Part shown: positions 19,893-29,980 of the stretch, piece after piece | How the letters are laid out: the number at the start of each line of letters is the position of its first letter | Numbering within the stretch: position 1 is the first letter of the stretch | Origin: Candidatus Kerfeldbacteria bacterium CG_4_10_14_0_8_um_filter_42_10 | GTDB taxonomy: Bacteria; Patescibacteriota; Patescibacteriia; UM-FILTER-42-10 | Direction: 5' to 3' | Assembly (NCBI GenBank): GCA_002784945.1 | Contig: PFMD01000002.1 | Coordinates: 10,477 to 74,476 of the forward strand | DNA length: 64,000 bases | Position numbers and translations under genes: made by a program | Notes under the pieces: generated by a model | Database searches by the model: none | What the model was told of the DNA's origin: nothing | Seen by the model: only the letters and a program-made list of their open reading frames with translations

Positions 19893-20345
19893 CTATTTAG
19901 TCGTTTTCTTTAGTTCAATAATGATTTCAGCGCTCAAATCCGATGAAAACAGCAATTTTACATTATGCTGACCAATTTTCTTCAATGGTTTTTCCAGCTG
20001 TACCACTCCCTCCTCTATAGTTATTTTAAACAATTTTTCAATTTTTTCAACTATCTCTTTTCTGCTCAGACCGCCGTATAGGGTGCCGTCTTCACTGGCC
20101 TTGACTTCAAAATACAACGCTTGCCCGCTCAGCTTACCGATAATCTCCCGATCGCCTTGTAACCTTGCTTCGTTTTCCTTATTCCGCTGCTCTTTAATTC
20201 TGGCAACTTTCTGCTCCTCTTGCTTAGTAAAAGGAATGGCCAGTTTTTGGGGTAATAGAAAATTACGGGCATAGCCATCTGATACATTTTTTACCTGACC
20301 CTTTTTAACATGGGTAGATACATCTCTCAAAAAAATTACCTTCAT
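19893..20345 (-). CDS. rplI: 50S ribosomal protein L9
   Basis: [29 protein letters not shown]. Confidence 0.96.
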   Translation of the reverse strand: MKVIFLRDVSTHVKKGQVKNVSDGYARNFLLPQKLAIPFTKQEEQKVARIKEQRNKENEARLQGDREIIGKLSGQALYFEVKASEDGTLYGGLSRKEIVEKIEKLFKITIEEGVVQLEKPLKKIGQHNVKLLFSSDLSAEIIIELKKTTK

Positions 20346-20370
20346 AGCTTATGATAAATATTTATTTTGA

Positions 20371-20649
20371 TTAAAATTGAATTTCAAATCTCTCAAGGTT
20401 TCCTTCAAATTTTTTCCATTGGACTTCTACTTTTTCCACCGCCGCCGTTCCTGACCCATTCCGGCACCAGCTTACTAACTCTTCCAGCTTTTTAGTCTTA
20501 CCTTCTGCTGCTACTGTTACCGTACCATCAATTTCGTTTTTAACCCAACCCTTAAGCTTCAATCTTCTGGCAAGATCCTGGGTATAGTAGCGAAAGCCCA
20601 CTCCTTGCACTTGCCCGTAAATTTTTAGCAAAACTCTTTTCTTTTCCAT
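20371..20649 (-). CDS. acyP: Acylphosphatase
   Basis: G.VQGVGFR, GWVKN..DGTV. Confidence 0.96.
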   Translation of the reverse strand: MEKKRVLLKIYGQVQGVGFRYYTQDLARRLKLKGWVKNEIDGTVTVAAEGKTKKLEELVSWCRNGSGTAAVEKVEVQWKKFEGNLERFEIQF

Positions 20650-20661
20650 TTAACCATAATG

Positions 20662-21915
20662 TTAATTGGCGCTGGAGGCCGCCGTCACTATTTCGATTGC
20701 TTTTTCCAACTGAGGATCACGATTGTTGTTGTAATCGTCTTCGGAAAGTTCCACCGCAATATCAGGTTTTATTCCTGCATCATTAATGGAACGTCCGGCA
20801 GGAGTTAACCATTTTGCTACGGAAAGTTTTAAGGAAGACCCGTCCGAAAATTCAGTCAATTCCTGAACCGATCCCTTGCCAAATGTCTGTTCCCCGACAA
20901 CGGTGGCAATTTGGTAATCCTGGAGCGCTCCCGCCATAATTTCGGATGCCGAGGCACTACCATTATTCACCAAAACAGCCACGGGGTAGCTCGATAAATT
21001 ATCGCCCCCTTCGGATTTATATTCAGTTTGACTGCCATTTCCGTAATCCTCAATAACTACCGTTTGGCCATTTTTGACAAAAGCTCCAGTAATGCCGATA
21101 GCGACATCTAAAAACCCGCCGGGATTATTCCTAAGATCCAGAATTATTCCCTTAGGCTCTTTAAGGATTATTTCGTTAATCACTTTTTGAAAACTTTTTT
21201 CCGTATCCTCGTTGAAATGGGAAATTTTAAGATAAGCGATATTGCTTTCTAACAAATCCCAAGTGACTGATTGCACTTTGATCGTTCTGCGGGTAACGGA
21301 AAATGATAGCGGCTCACTTTCGCCGTCTCTGACGATTAATAGGCTTACGGTCGTTCCTTCTTTCCCTCTTATTAAATTGACAGCGGTATCAATTGTAATC
21401 GTATTGGTATCAACTTGATCGATTTTCACTATCTGGTCTCCGGCTTTTAAACCGATCTCTTCGGCAGGTGAGTTGGGAAGAGGCGCGATAACAACCAATT
21501 GGTTGTTTTTCATTCCAATTTCTATGCCGATACCTTCAAACGTACCGCTTATTTCCTGATTAAAAACTTGGGTCAGGTCAGGATCGAAAAATACTGAATA
21601 AGGATCCTGCAAGCTTGCGACCAAACCGGACATAGCCCCATAGAATAGGTTCTTTTCATCAACCGGACGGCCAATATACTTTTTCTGAATGGTATCCCAG
21701 GCTTCCCAAAATATATTGAAATCAGCATTTTTTAGGGATGAATGAGAAGATGCCTTATTTATTATCGCGTCAACTACCTCTGCTGGACTGACTTGGTTAA
21801 TTTTCCAGGCACCTATTAATACTCCCGACAAAAAAACCGTCAGCAGAACAATTAAAAAAAGATATACTTTCAGCGAACGTTTGATTAATGATGTTTCTTT
21901 ATAATTCTTTTCCAT
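20662..21915 (-). CDS. ctpA: C-terminal processing peptidase (S41, PDZ domain)
   Basis: DPYS, GIG, DLRNNPGG, SASASEI, TFGKGSVQ, GIKPD. Confidence 0.93.
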   Translation of the reverse strand: MEKNYKETSLIKRSLKVYLFLIVLLTVFLSGVLIGAWKINQVSPAEVVDAIINKASSHSSLKNADFNIFWEAWDTIQKKYIGRPVDEKNLFYGAMSGLVASLQDPYSVFFDPDLTQVFNQEISGTFEGIGIEIGMKNNQLVVIAPLPNSPAEEIGLKAGDQIVKIDQVDTNTITIDTAVNLIRGKEGTTVSLLIVRDGESEPLSFSVTRRTIKVQSVTWDLLESNIAYLKISHFNEDTEKSFQKVINEIILKEPKGIILDLRNNPGGFLDVAIGITGAFVKNGQTVVIEDYGNGSQTEYKSEGGDNLSSYPVAVLVNNGSASASEIMAGALQDYQIATVVGEQTFGKGSVQELTEFSDGSSLKLSVAKWLTPAGRSINDAGIKPDIAVELSEDDYNNNRDPQLEKAIEIVTAASSAN

Positions 21916-21916
21916 A

Positions 21917-23209
21917 TTATGCGTTTGTTCTTAAGATATCCACTCCAATCTTTGCTAGGCGATCCTCAATTTTTTCGTATCCCCGGTCAATCTGTTCAAT
22001 GTTGGAAATTTGACTTTCCCCTTGAGCTACTATCGCCGCCACCACTAAAGTCGCTCCCGCCCGGATATCAAAACTGGTCATTTCCGTTCCTAAAAGTGGC
22101 GTGGGGCCAACAATAACCGCCCGATGCGGGTCACAAATAGTAACATTCGCACCCATTTTTATCAATTCTTCCAAGTATTTCTGCCGTCCTTCGTACATCC
22201 ATTCATGAACCAAAGAAGTGCCTTCGGCCTGGGTAAGCATTACCGCAAAGGGAGGCAATAAATCAGAGGTGAACCCCGGATAAGGCATGGTGTTCACTTT
22301 TTTCACCGCTTTCAAGGGCGCCGGCTTAATTACTAGGTCGTATAGATGGTATTTACCATTAGCAGAAATTCTCTTATTCTTTACACTGTACTGAACATTG
22401 GATTCCTTGAATTTCTGAAATTCCAATCGTAGAAAATCGATGGCGACATTCCTGATTGTTATTTCGGATTTAGTAGCGGCCCCTAGGGCGACAAATGTTC
22501 CCGTTTCAATCGGATCGGGAATTACCGTGTAATCTACCCCGGACAGCTGCCCGCCTCCTTTGATAATCAATTCGTGAGTGCCGATGCCAGTTATTTCAAC
22601 TCCCGCCTTCTCTAAGAACCAGCAAAGGTCCTGAATGTAATGTTCCGACGCCGCATTATAAATTCGCACCTCGTCTTTAATTTGAGCAGCGGCTAAAATG
22701 GCATTAGCCGTTCCGGAAACACTCATCTCGCTCATCACTATCTCCGCGCCATGCAAATTCTTGGCATTAACGTGATAGTAATCTCCCTTTTTAGTAATCT
22801 TCACCCCTAACTCCTGCAAAGCCAGAAAATGAGAATCCATCGGCCGGGCGCCCAAGCGACAGCCTCCCGGAAACGGAATGGTCAATTCCCCCATTTGAAT
22901 AGCCATCGTTCCTAAAAGATAACTGGAAGATCTCATTTTGCACACCAGGTCATTGTCAATTTTGGTAGGGTCAAGTAGGCCGGGTTCAATTTTCACTACG
23001 CCTGCTTCCGGCCATTCAATTTTCGCTCCGGCATTCTGAAATATTTTTAGTATTTTTCTGACATCACCAATATCAGGGACATTTCTGATTAGCGAAGGCG
23101 TTTTCGCGATCATTGCCGCCGAAAGAATGGGAGTGGCCGCATTTTTTGCGCCTAAGACGTTAATCTCCCCTCTCAATTTCTTGCCGCCTTTTATTACAAA
23201 TTTTTCCAT
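21917..23209 (-). CDS. murA: UDP-N-acetylglucosamine 1-carboxyvinyltransferase
   Basis: GAKNA, PGGCRLGARP (active-site Cys), PDPIE, PYPGF.SD, DIRAG, IDRGYE. Confidence 0.96.
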   Translation of the reverse strand: MEKFVIKGGKKLRGEINVLGAKNAATPILSAAMIAKTPSLIRNVPDIGDVRKILKIFQNAGAKIEWPEAGVVKIEPGLLDPTKIDNDLVCKMRSSSYLLGTMAIQMGELTIPFPGGCRLGARPMDSHFLALQELGVKITKKGDYYHVNAKNLHGAEIVMSEMSVSGTANAILAAAQIKDEVRIYNAASEHYIQDLCWFLEKAGVEITGIGTHELIIKGGGQLSGVDYTVIPDPIETGTFVALGAATKSEITIRNVAIDFLRLEFQKFKESNVQYSVKNKRISANGKYHLYDLVIKPAPLKAVKKVNTMPYPGFTSDLLPPFAVMLTQAEGTSLVHEWMYEGRQKYLEELIKMGANVTICDPHRAVIVGPTPLLGTEMTSFDIRAGATLVVAAIVAQGESQISNIEQIDRGYEKIEDRLAKIGVDILRTNA

Positions 23210-23301
23210 AAAAAAATTACGATTACTAAAAATATGTTACAATGGCTATGGTCATGATTACTTAATGTCTATATATTAGCACTAATTAGAATCTGGTCAA
23301 A

Positions 23302-24654
23302 ATGGAACTAAAATACCGCCGAATCTACGCTTATTCCGTTATTGCTATATTTGTTATAATAGCGCCTATATTGATTTTATATACCAAGGGATACCGTTAC
23401 GACTTTAAAAAAAATCAAATAGTCAAAACGGGTGTCCTCAACATCGATTCCAATCCGCGCGATGCCTCTATTGTCTTGAACGGTAAACTGGTCAAGAAAA
23501 AAACACAGGCCGTAGTTAAGAATCTTCCGCCGCAAGAATATCAGATTGCTATAGAAAAAGACGGCTATTATGCTTGGGAAAAAGAACTCCCGGTTTTTCC
23601 TAACCAAGCAACCCTCACTAATAGGATAACTTTATTTAAGAAGAATACTCCCGCCTTGCTATCGGAAGAAAATGTCAGTCAATTCAAAGTTTCGCCAGAT
23701 TATTCCTTGATCGCCTATTTGGCTAAAAATGAAAAAGAAAGGCTTGTTTTAGTGGTTAAAAGATTGAGTGATTCTCATGAAATTGCCAGACTGCCGTTGG
23801 CTAAAGCCGCAGGCTATTCAATTTCGTTTTCCGAGAATCAGAACTACCTTTTTCTTCATAATAAGCAAGATGATAAGAATGAATATCAAATTGTTTTTCT
23901 AAAATCCAACCAGTTGCCATTACCGCTAAGTGAAATTAGTAATTTGGATTTTTCTAAGATTAAAGCTCCCATCGAAAATAATATTATTTACGGGCTGAGC
24001 AACGGAAAATTATACGAAATGGATTTAAGCAGAAATTCCTCTCGTTTATTAATTGACGATTCGATCCAGGATTTTACCGTCACCTCTAAAAATCTTTACT
24101 ATATTCATCATGCTAATGAAAAATGTCTGGCCAAAAAGGCGAATCTAAACGGCAAATTTGAAATTCAGGAACTATTGACCGTAGCTTGCAAAGAAAACTA
24201 TTTCCTAGATAACGGCCCCAATAATTTTTTAACGTTCTTAGACAATAATCATCATTTATTTCTTATCGAAATTCAAGGAGAACTATCGCTCAATTTAAAG
24301 CAACTAGATCAGAATGTGATGGGATTCAACTGGTCGGCGGACCAAAAGAAGCTTCTTCTTTACAATGAATTTGAAATATGGGTGTTGGATACGGAAACAG
24401 AAGAGCAGGAATTGCTTATTCGATCAAGTGAAAAAATTGAGAATGCTGTTTGGAACTATGATTCGGAATGGATCGTCCTCTATCAATCCGGTACGATAAA
24501 AGCCATCGAATTAGATGGCCGTGATAAAAGAAATATTATCGATCTAGTTAGTTGTCCTAACAGCAATTTTGCGATTGACTTTAAGCAAGCCAGAATTATT
24601 CTAAATGGTATTAGCGATGACCCTGCCAGGCTTTATCAGCTTGAGCTAAGATGA
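23302..24654 (+). CDS. PEGA-domain membrane-anchored protein with beta-propeller (TolB-like) C-terminus
   Basis: TM then GYRYD..KTG.L.I.S.P..A.I.LNG, LPP.EY.I.IEKDGY..WEK (PEGA); SPD / WSAD propeller repeats. Confidence 0.8.
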   Translation: MELKYRRIYAYSVIAIFVIIAPILILYTKGYRYDFKKNQIVKTGVLNIDSNPRDASIVLNGKLVKKKTQAVVKNLPPQEYQIAIEKDGYYAWEKELPVFPNQATLTNRITLFKKNTPALLSEENVSQFKVSPDYSLIAYLAKNEKERLVLVVKRLSDSHEIARLPLAKAAGYSISFSENQNYLFLHNKQDDKNEYQIVFLKSNQLPLPLSEISNLDFSKIKAPIENNIIYGLSNGKLYEMDLSRNSSRLLIDDSIQDFTVTSKNLYYIHHANEKCLAKKANLNGKFEIQELLTVACKENYFLDNGPNNFLTFLDNNHHLFLIEIQGELSLNLKQLDQNVMGFNWSADQKKLLLYNEFEIWVLDTETEEQELLIRSSEKIENAVWNYDSEWIVLYQSGTIKAIELDGRDKRNIIDLVSCPNSNFAIDFKQARIILNGISDDPARLYQLELR

Positions 24655-24658
24655 AAAT

Positions 24659-25480
24659 TTAACGCTTTGCTAAATAATCCGCTAACGCTTCCTTCCAGTG
24701 TCGTGAAGGAGTCAATTTTGTATTGATTAAGCTGGAAAACTTTGGTCTTTTGGCCGGGCGGGGAAATTCTGAAGTAGCAACGGGGATAACTTTGACAGCA
24801 AGACCAAATTGTTTAAATATCTCTTCGGCGAAACCAGACCAAGAGGTTACGCCTTCATTAGTAATATGGTAGATGCCGTATTCTTTTTTGTTTTCCACTA
24901 AATTCAATGTTCTTCGGGCTAAATCAACAGCATAGGTGGGTTTTCCGAACTGATCATTTACCACCTTCACTTCCTTTTTCTCTTTGCCTAGCCGGATCAT
25001 TGTTTCCACAAAATTATTACCGCTTCTGCCATAAAGCCAAGACGTTCTGATTAAATAGTAATTTTTACAATAATTTTGAATGGCTTTTTCACCAATTAAT
25101 TTCGATCGGCCATAGGCATTGATTGGATCGGTCTGATCATCTTCTTGGTACCCTTTCTCTTTTTTTCCCTCAAACACGTAGTCAGTGGAATAGTGAATTA
25201 ACACAGCATTTAATTCTTGCGCTACCCGCGCTAAATAACCAACGGCCTCTCCGTTGACCTTTTCGGCCAGTTCCTGATTAGATTCCGCTTCATCAACATT
25301 AGTGTAAGCGGCGGAATTAATAATCAGCTGAGGTTTAAGCTTTCCAATTTTTTTTTCCACGTCACTTTCAATGGTAAGATCAAGATCCGCTTGATCCCAT
25401 AGCGTCGGATGATAATCTCTGAAAACAAAAGAAAGCTCTGTTCCAAGCATCCCCTTTGCCCCTAGGATGAGACATTTCAT
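24659..25480 (-). CDS. rfbD: dTDP-4-dehydrorhamnose reductase
   Basis: GAKGMLG, AAYTNVD.AE, STDYVF, YGRSKL.GE, A.RP. Confidence 0.95.
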   Translation of the reverse strand: MKCLILGAKGMLGTELSFVFRDYHPTLWDQADLDLTIESDVEKKIGKLKPQLIINSAAYTNVDEAESNQELAEKVNGEAVGYLARVAQELNAVLIHYSTDYVFEGKKEKGYQEDDQTDPINAYGRSKLIGEKAIQNYCKNYYLIRTSWLYGRSGNNFVETMIRLGKEKKEVKVVNDQFGKPTYAVDLARRTLNLVENKKEYGIYHITNEGVTSWSGFAEEIFKQFGLAVKVIPVATSEFPRPAKRPKFSSLINTKLTPSRHWKEALADYLAKR

Positions 25481-25522
25481 GATAATAATTATAATTCTAT
25501 TAAGTAAAATTTTTCATCTAGA

Positions 25523-25732
25523 GAAGCACAAATTCGACGCACTAAACACTAAATCCGAAACAATATCTTCATGCCAGAGGCAGATCCGCCTAGGGCGGAA
25601 AATTCGAATGTTTCAAATTATAAATAACTGTTTGGAAACAAGGTTTGAAATTTAGGATTTGTAATTTGGAATTTGTTTAGGATTTAGACTTCGTCGTGAA
25701 CTCAGTCGAACGATATTCGGATTTAGAATTTT
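25523..25732. repeat. Inverted heptamer array with two nested palindromic inserts
   Basis: Left arm aattcga/aacacta/aatccga; right arm tttgaaa tttagga tttgtaa tttggaa ... tttagga tttaga ... attcgga tttagaa. Inserts near 25570-25599 (tccgcc tag ggcgga) and 25689-25713 (ttcg..tgaactca..cgaa). Confidence 0.75.
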
Positions 25733-25759
25733 TTGTAAATTTCAGAATCGCCAGTATTA

Positions 25760-26773
25760 TTAATTTTTTCCGTATTGTTGCTTGTAGTACTTTTGGTACT
25801 CGCCTGACTTTATCCGCTTCCACCAGCTTTCATTTTTTTGATACCACTGGATTGTTTTTTCCAAATAGGTATCCAAATCACATTCTGGCTGATAACCCAG
25901 CTCGTTTTTTGCTTTACTCCAATCTACCGCATAACGCCGGTCATGGCCGGGACGGTCTTTAACGTATTCCAATACCGACTCATCCTTACCCATTATCTTC
26001 AGCACTTTTTTAATCAGCTCCAGATTATTAACATCGTCTTCAAGACCCCCAATACAGTAGGTCTCCCCTACTTTTCCTTTTGTTAAAACCAAGTCGATCG
26101 CTCGGCAGTGATCCTCCACATAAAGCCAGTCCCGGACATATTTTCCATCACCGTAAATGGGAACCTTCTTGCCCTCTATTAAATTAGTAATTGCGAGGGG
26201 GAGAAGCTTTTCGGGATACTGATAAGGCCCGTAGTTGTTGGAGGTATTGGTAATGGTTACCGGTAGGCCATACGTAACGTAATAGGCTCGCACTAAGTGG
26301 TCTGAGGCCGCTTTAGAAGCAGAATAAGGGCTTCTGGGGTCATAACGGGTATTCTCATTGAATTTGGCCGGATCATCCAGTTTTAGGGCGCCAAACACTT
26401 CATCCGTTGAGATGTGGTGGAAATGCTTTACTTTATTCTTCAACGCCGCCTCCAAGAGCATCTGCGTCCCGATCACATTAGTTTCAATAAAAGTGGCCGG
26501 TTCCATAATAGAGCGGTCAACGTGGCTCTCCGCCGCAAAGTGCACTACTTTATCAATCCCTTTCATTGCGCCATTAAGCAATTCTCCATCACAGATATCG
26601 CCTTTGATAAATAGATAGCTTTTATTAGATTCAACTTCCTTTAAATTTTCTAGATTACCGCAATAGGTTAATTTGTCCAGATTCACTATTTGGTCATCGG
26701 AATGATTTTTTAGCCAGTAATGGACAAAATTGGAGCCGATAAAACCCGCGCCCCCTGTTACTAGGATTTTCAT
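25760..26773 (-). CDS. rfbB: dTDP-glucose 4,6-dehydratase
   Basis: TGGAGFIGSN, AAESHVDRS, STDEV, PYSASKA, NNYGPYQ.PEK, RDWLYVEDH, DRPGHDRRY. Confidence 0.97.
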   Translation of the reverse strand: MKILVTGGAGFIGSNFVHYWLKNHSDDQIVNLDKLTYCGNLENLKEVESNKSYLFIKGDICDGELLNGAMKGIDKVVHFAAESHVDRSIMEPATFIETNVIGTQMLLEAALKNKVKHFHHISTDEVFGALKLDDPAKFNENTRYDPRSPYSASKAASDHLVRAYYVTYGLPVTITNTSNNYGPYQYPEKLLPLAITNLIEGKKVPIYGDGKYVRDWLYVEDHCRAIDLVLTKGKVGETYCIGGLEDDVNNLELIKKVLKIMGKDESVLEYVKDRPGHDRRYAVDWSKAKNELGYQPECDLDTYLEKTIQWYQKNESWWKRIKSGEYQKYYKQQYGKN

Positions 26774-26774
26774 T

Positions 26775-26858
26775 TTTTAGCTTTTTAGCTTATTAGCTTA
26801 TTAGCTTGTAGGAAGTAGCTTATTAGAATTCCTAAGAAGCTAAAAAGCTACAAGCTAA
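26775..26858. repeat. Inverted TAGCT-core short-repeat array, copy 2
   Basis: (ttagcttt/ttagctta)n, agcttgtaggaagtagctt, centre ttagaattcctaa, (aagctaaa/aagctaca)n; shares its core with copy 1. Confidence 0.85.
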
Positions 26859-26863
26859 ATTCA

Positions 26864-28132
26864 TTACGTTCCCAATTTCCAGGAAGCCAGGTATTTTTCT
26901 TGTTTGGGGGTTAATTTATCATAAATTATCCCCATGGTTTTTAGTTTCAAGCGGGCTATTTCCACGTCTATTTCTTCGGGAACTACGTAAACCTTCTTTG
27001 CTAATTTATTATTATTTTTAACAATGTATTCCGCCGCCAGCGCCTGATTGGCAAAACTCATATCCATCACTGAAGCGGGATGCCCTTCCGCGGCCGCTAA
27101 GTTAATAAGCCTTCCTTCTCCTAAAAGATTTACTTTCTTTCCGCTTTTCAACTGATAAGCTTCCACAAATGTTCGGGGAATTTCCTTAGTCTTAGACATT
27201 TTAGTAAGATCCTTAATGTCTATTTCCACATCAAAGTGCCCCGAGTTACAAACGACCGCCCCATCTTTCATTTTTAAGAAATGTTCTTTTCTTACCACGC
27301 TGATATCCCCGGTCAGAGTAATAAAAATGTCTCCTCGGGGAGCGGCTTTTTCCATAGTGGTTACTTCATAACCGTCCATAGCCGCCTGTAATGCTCTAAT
27401 CGGTTCTACTTCCGTTACAATAACATGCGCGCCCAAGGCCTTGGAGCGCAAAGCTACGCCTTTGCCACAGTTGCCGTATCCGGCCACCACCACTGTTTTT
27501 CCGGCAAAAAGAAGGTTAGTCGCCCGTAAAATCCCATCGATGGTGCTTTGACCGGTTCCATAATAATTATCGAATAAGTGCTTGGTTTGGGCATCGTTCA
27601 CGGCAATGACCGGAAACTTCAAGATGCCCTTCTTTTCCATGCTCCGAAGCCTGATTACGCCGGTAGTTGTTTCTTCCGAGGAACCTAGTATGTCTTTGGC
27701 CTGTTTTTTTCGTTTGGAATGCAGCTCTGATACTAAATCAGCTCCGTCATCCATGGTGATCTGGGGTTTATGATCCAGAGCCGCCTTAAGATGCTGATAA
27801 TAAGTCTTACGATCTTCTCCGCAAACTGCAAACACCGGTATTTTAAAATCCCGGACAATTGAGGCAGCGGTATCATCTTGGGTAGAAAGAGGGTTAGAAG
27901 CGCAAAGTACTACTTGAGCCCCTCCCGCTTTCAGAGTATTCATTAAATTGGCCGTTTCCGTGGTAACGTGCAAGCAGGCGGATATTCTAATGTCCTTTAA
28001 AGGTTTTTCTTTTTCAAAACGCTGCTTAATAAGCCTAAGCACATCCATTTGCTTCTCGGCCCACTCGATTCGGCTTTTTCCTTGATTGGCTAATCTTATG
28101 CTTTTGATATCGAATTCTGTTTTTCGTTTCAT
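26864..28132 (-). CDS. ahcY: S-adenosylhomocysteine hydrolase (short form)
   Basis: [55 protein letters not shown]...GHP. Confidence 0.97.
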   Translation of the reverse strand: MKRKTEFDIKSIRLANQGKSRIEWAEKQMDVLRLIKQRFEKEKPLKDIRISACLHVTTETANLMNTLKAGGAQVVLCASNPLSTQDDTAASIVRDFKIPVFAVCGEDRKTYYQHLKAALDHKPQITMDDGADLVSELHSKRKKQAKDILGSSEETTTGVIRLRSMEKKGILKFPVIAVNDAQTKHLFDNYYGTGQSTIDGILRATNLLFAGKTVVVAGYGNCGKGVALRSKALGAHVIVTEVEPIRALQAAMDGYEVTTMEKAAPRGDIFITLTGDISVVRKEHFLKMKDGAVVCNSGHFDVEIDIKDLTKMSKTKEIPRTFVEAYQLKSGKKVNLLGEGRLINLAAAEGHPASVMDMSFANQALAAEYIVKNNNKLAKKVYVVPEEIDVEIARLKLKTMGIIYDKLTPKQEKYLASWKLGT

Positions 28133-28180
28133 ACTTAATACTTAATATTTAATAATAAAATCCCTGCCAAGGTTTTCTAA

Positions 28181-28220
28181 ATCCAACTACGCTAAAAATA
28201 TCAGTTTTTAGCTTGTGGAT
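28181..28220. other. Hairpin in the ahcY leader
   Basis: atcca..gctaaaaa / tttttagc..tggat inverted repeat; its arms resemble the TAGCT array units. Confidence 0.5.
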
Positions 28221-28226
28221 CTGTTT

Positions 28227-28340
28227 TTATAATACGTTAAGCTTGACCGCAATAACACCAAACATCAAAAAGGCCAGTATGGCAATTCCCAACACAATTA
28301 TCAGCGTTCTGATATGATGATCTTTTAGGACCTTTTTCAT
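28227..28340 (-). CDS. 37-aa single-TM small protein
   Basis: Hand translation MKKVLKDHHIRTLIIVLGIAILAFLMFGVIAVKLNVL; same strand, between the adenosine kinase and ahcY; not in the ORF track. Confidence 0.55.
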   Translation of the reverse strand: MKKVLKDHHIRTLIIVLGIAILAFLMFGVIAVKLNVL

Positions 28341-28357
28341 CCTGAATAAGTTAATGA

Positions 28358-29305
28358 TTAGTTTAATTTAGAGTCAAATATTTTAAGGAACCTACTTTTA
28401 ATTTCTGGAAGCGAAAAAGAATGCTCTTGCGTCCCATAATGCTCAATAGGATATGTCGCCACCAGTGTTGCCAATTGCACCGTCTTTTTTAACGGATAGC
28501 CGTTCGCCAATCCTTTTATTAATCCCGCCCGAAAAGCATCGCCAGCACCGGTCGGATCCACTATCTTACGGGGTTTTACCGCTTTTACGGCAAAGCTATC
28601 TTCCGAAGTTGCCACCTGCGCTCCTTTTTCTCCCTTTGTGACAATTACAATTTCCGCTAATCTTTTTATGTCGGTTAATGGCAGCGAAAGACGTTTGGAT
28701 ATCAGGGAAAACTCATAATCATTAACCACAAAAACTTTGGCGCCTTTAAGCAAAAACCTCAGGTCACGGTTAGTTAAAACTGGAATCTGCTGTCCCGGGT
28801 CAAATATGTAAGGAATTCCCTTATTCTTATAGAGACGACCGAGATCGACCATTTCAAACTTATTTCCCGGAGCGATTACCGCCAACGAATTCCTAGGATT
28901 CAGATTTTTGTATTCTCCGAAGTTAATCGAGGACTCTAGGGCCATGGCTCCTTTGTGAAAAGCGGTTATCTGGTTATTAGCACGGTCTGTTATTACATAA
29001 GCACAGGCAGTTAGTTCGTCATTGGTTATGCTGATTCCTTTTTGGGAAATTCCATTTTCCTTTAGCCACCCACGATAGTGGTTAAAATCCTTGCCGGCGC
29101 TGCCGATAATCGTGGGGTCTTCCTTAAGTAATTTAAGATTATAAGCAATGTTGCCGGCCGTTCCGCCAAAGTTTTCCTTCAATACTCCTATTTCAAAGCT
29201 CACGTTCAAAAGATGCACCTTCTCTGGCAAAATATGATCCTTGAAATAGCCAGGAAAATCCATTATTCTATCGTAGGCCAGTGACCCTGATACTAGTATC
29301 TTCAT
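28358..29305 (-). CDS. PfkB-family kinase, probably adenosine kinase (Mycobacterium AdoK-like)
   Basis: SGSLAYDRIM.FPG.F, NVSF, GGTAGNIAY, FDPGQQ, N.YE, DPTGAGDAFRAG; next to ahcY, whose product is adenosine. Confidence 0.85.
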   Translation of the reverse strand: MKILVSGSLAYDRIMDFPGYFKDHILPEKVHLLNVSFEIGVLKENFGGTAGNIAYNLKLLKEDPTIIGSAGKDFNHYRGWLKENGISQKGISITNDELTACAYVITDRANNQITAFHKGAMALESSINFGEYKNLNPRNSLAVIAPGNKFEMVDLGRLYKNKGIPYIFDPGQQIPVLTNRDLRFLLKGAKVFVVNDYEFSLISKRLSLPLTDIKRLAEIVIVTKGEKGAQVATSEDSFAVKAVKPRKIVDPTGAGDAFRAGLIKGLANGYPLKKTVQLATLVATYPIEHYGTQEHSFSLPEIKSRFLKIFDSKLN

Positions 29306-29318
29306 AACTTTTATATTA

Positions 29319-29440
29319 TGAGAGCATTGAATAATTATGAAATGCTCTCATCCTGAGTGAAGCGAAGGATCTAATTTGACTAAGCTTAGCGACCCCTCAT
29401 TTCATTCGGGGTGAGATTGTTGAAATATTCAACAATCTCA
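29319..29440. repeat. Structured REP/REPIN-like dumbbell element, copy B
   Basis: tgagagcatt..aatgctctca, tcctgagtgaagcgaagga, acccc..ggggt, tgagattgttgaa..ttcaacaatctca. Confidence 0.8.
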
Positions 29441-29971
29441 TTATATATGCTTTTGGGCAAAAACCCAAGCGGCAATAGACTGCCCGTCCCAGATTTTATT
29501 CGACTTGATTAACTTAGCCACTTCAGTAATCGGATATTCTACAGCTTCTATCTGTTCTGTCTCGTCTAATCGCTGCTTTGTTTTTAACAGACCCTTTGCC
29601 AAAAAAACATGACAGACCTCATTAGTACAACCATTAAATGGGTTAAACCAACCCAGTTTTTTAAATTTCTTGGCGCGATATCCTGCCTCTTCTTCTAGTT
29701 CGGCCTTGGCGGCAGAAAGTGGAGTTTGACCTCTTTTAATTCCACCCATCGGAAATTCAATGCTGGGTTTTTTCGCTAAGTAGCGATACTGCTTCACTAA
29801 CACCACTTTTTTGCTTTCAAGCACAGGAATAATCAAAACCGAGCCTTTGCTGCTGGTATAGTAATAGTCTCCTACTTTCTGGGAAGGAAGATAAAAACGA
29901 TCGTGCTTGTATTCAACCCAAGGAGTTTTTAAAAAAGTTCTGGACGATATGGTTTGCCAAGTTTTTTTCAT
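29441..29971 (-). CDS. NUDIX hydrolase (ADP-ribose pyrophosphatase NudF-like)
   Basis: QYRY, EFPMG, Nudix box G..KRG...AAKAELEEEAGY, LDETE. Confidence 0.9.
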   Translation of the reverse strand: MKKTWQTISSRTFLKTPWVEYKHDRFYLPSQKVGDYYYTSSKGSVLIIPVLESKKVVLVKQYRYLAKKPSIEFPMGGIKRGQTPLSAAKAELEEEAGYRAKKFKKLGWFNPFNGCTNEVCHVFLAKGLLKTKQRLDETEQIEAVEYPITEVAKLIKSNKIWDGQSIAAWVFAQKHI

Positions 29972-29980
29972 TCAGATTAG

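Noticed and set aside
21917-23209. Fosfomycin-resistant MurA variant
   Set aside because: The active-site Cys is retained (PGGCRLG)
15066-24654. Alternative genetic code (TGA=Gly, as in Gracilibacteria/Absconditabacteria)
   Set aside because: Conserved genes are full length under code 11 and TGA ends genes at sensible positions (16553, 24654)
25467-25962. ORFs 25467-25655 and 25696-25962 (+)
   Set aside because: They run over the repeat element or antisense to rmlB/rmlD; no protein-like features
28133-28226. SAH or SAM riboswitch upstream of ahcY
   Set aside because: Only an AT-rich hairpin is visible; I could not recognise the conserved riboswitch core. An Rfam scan would settle it.
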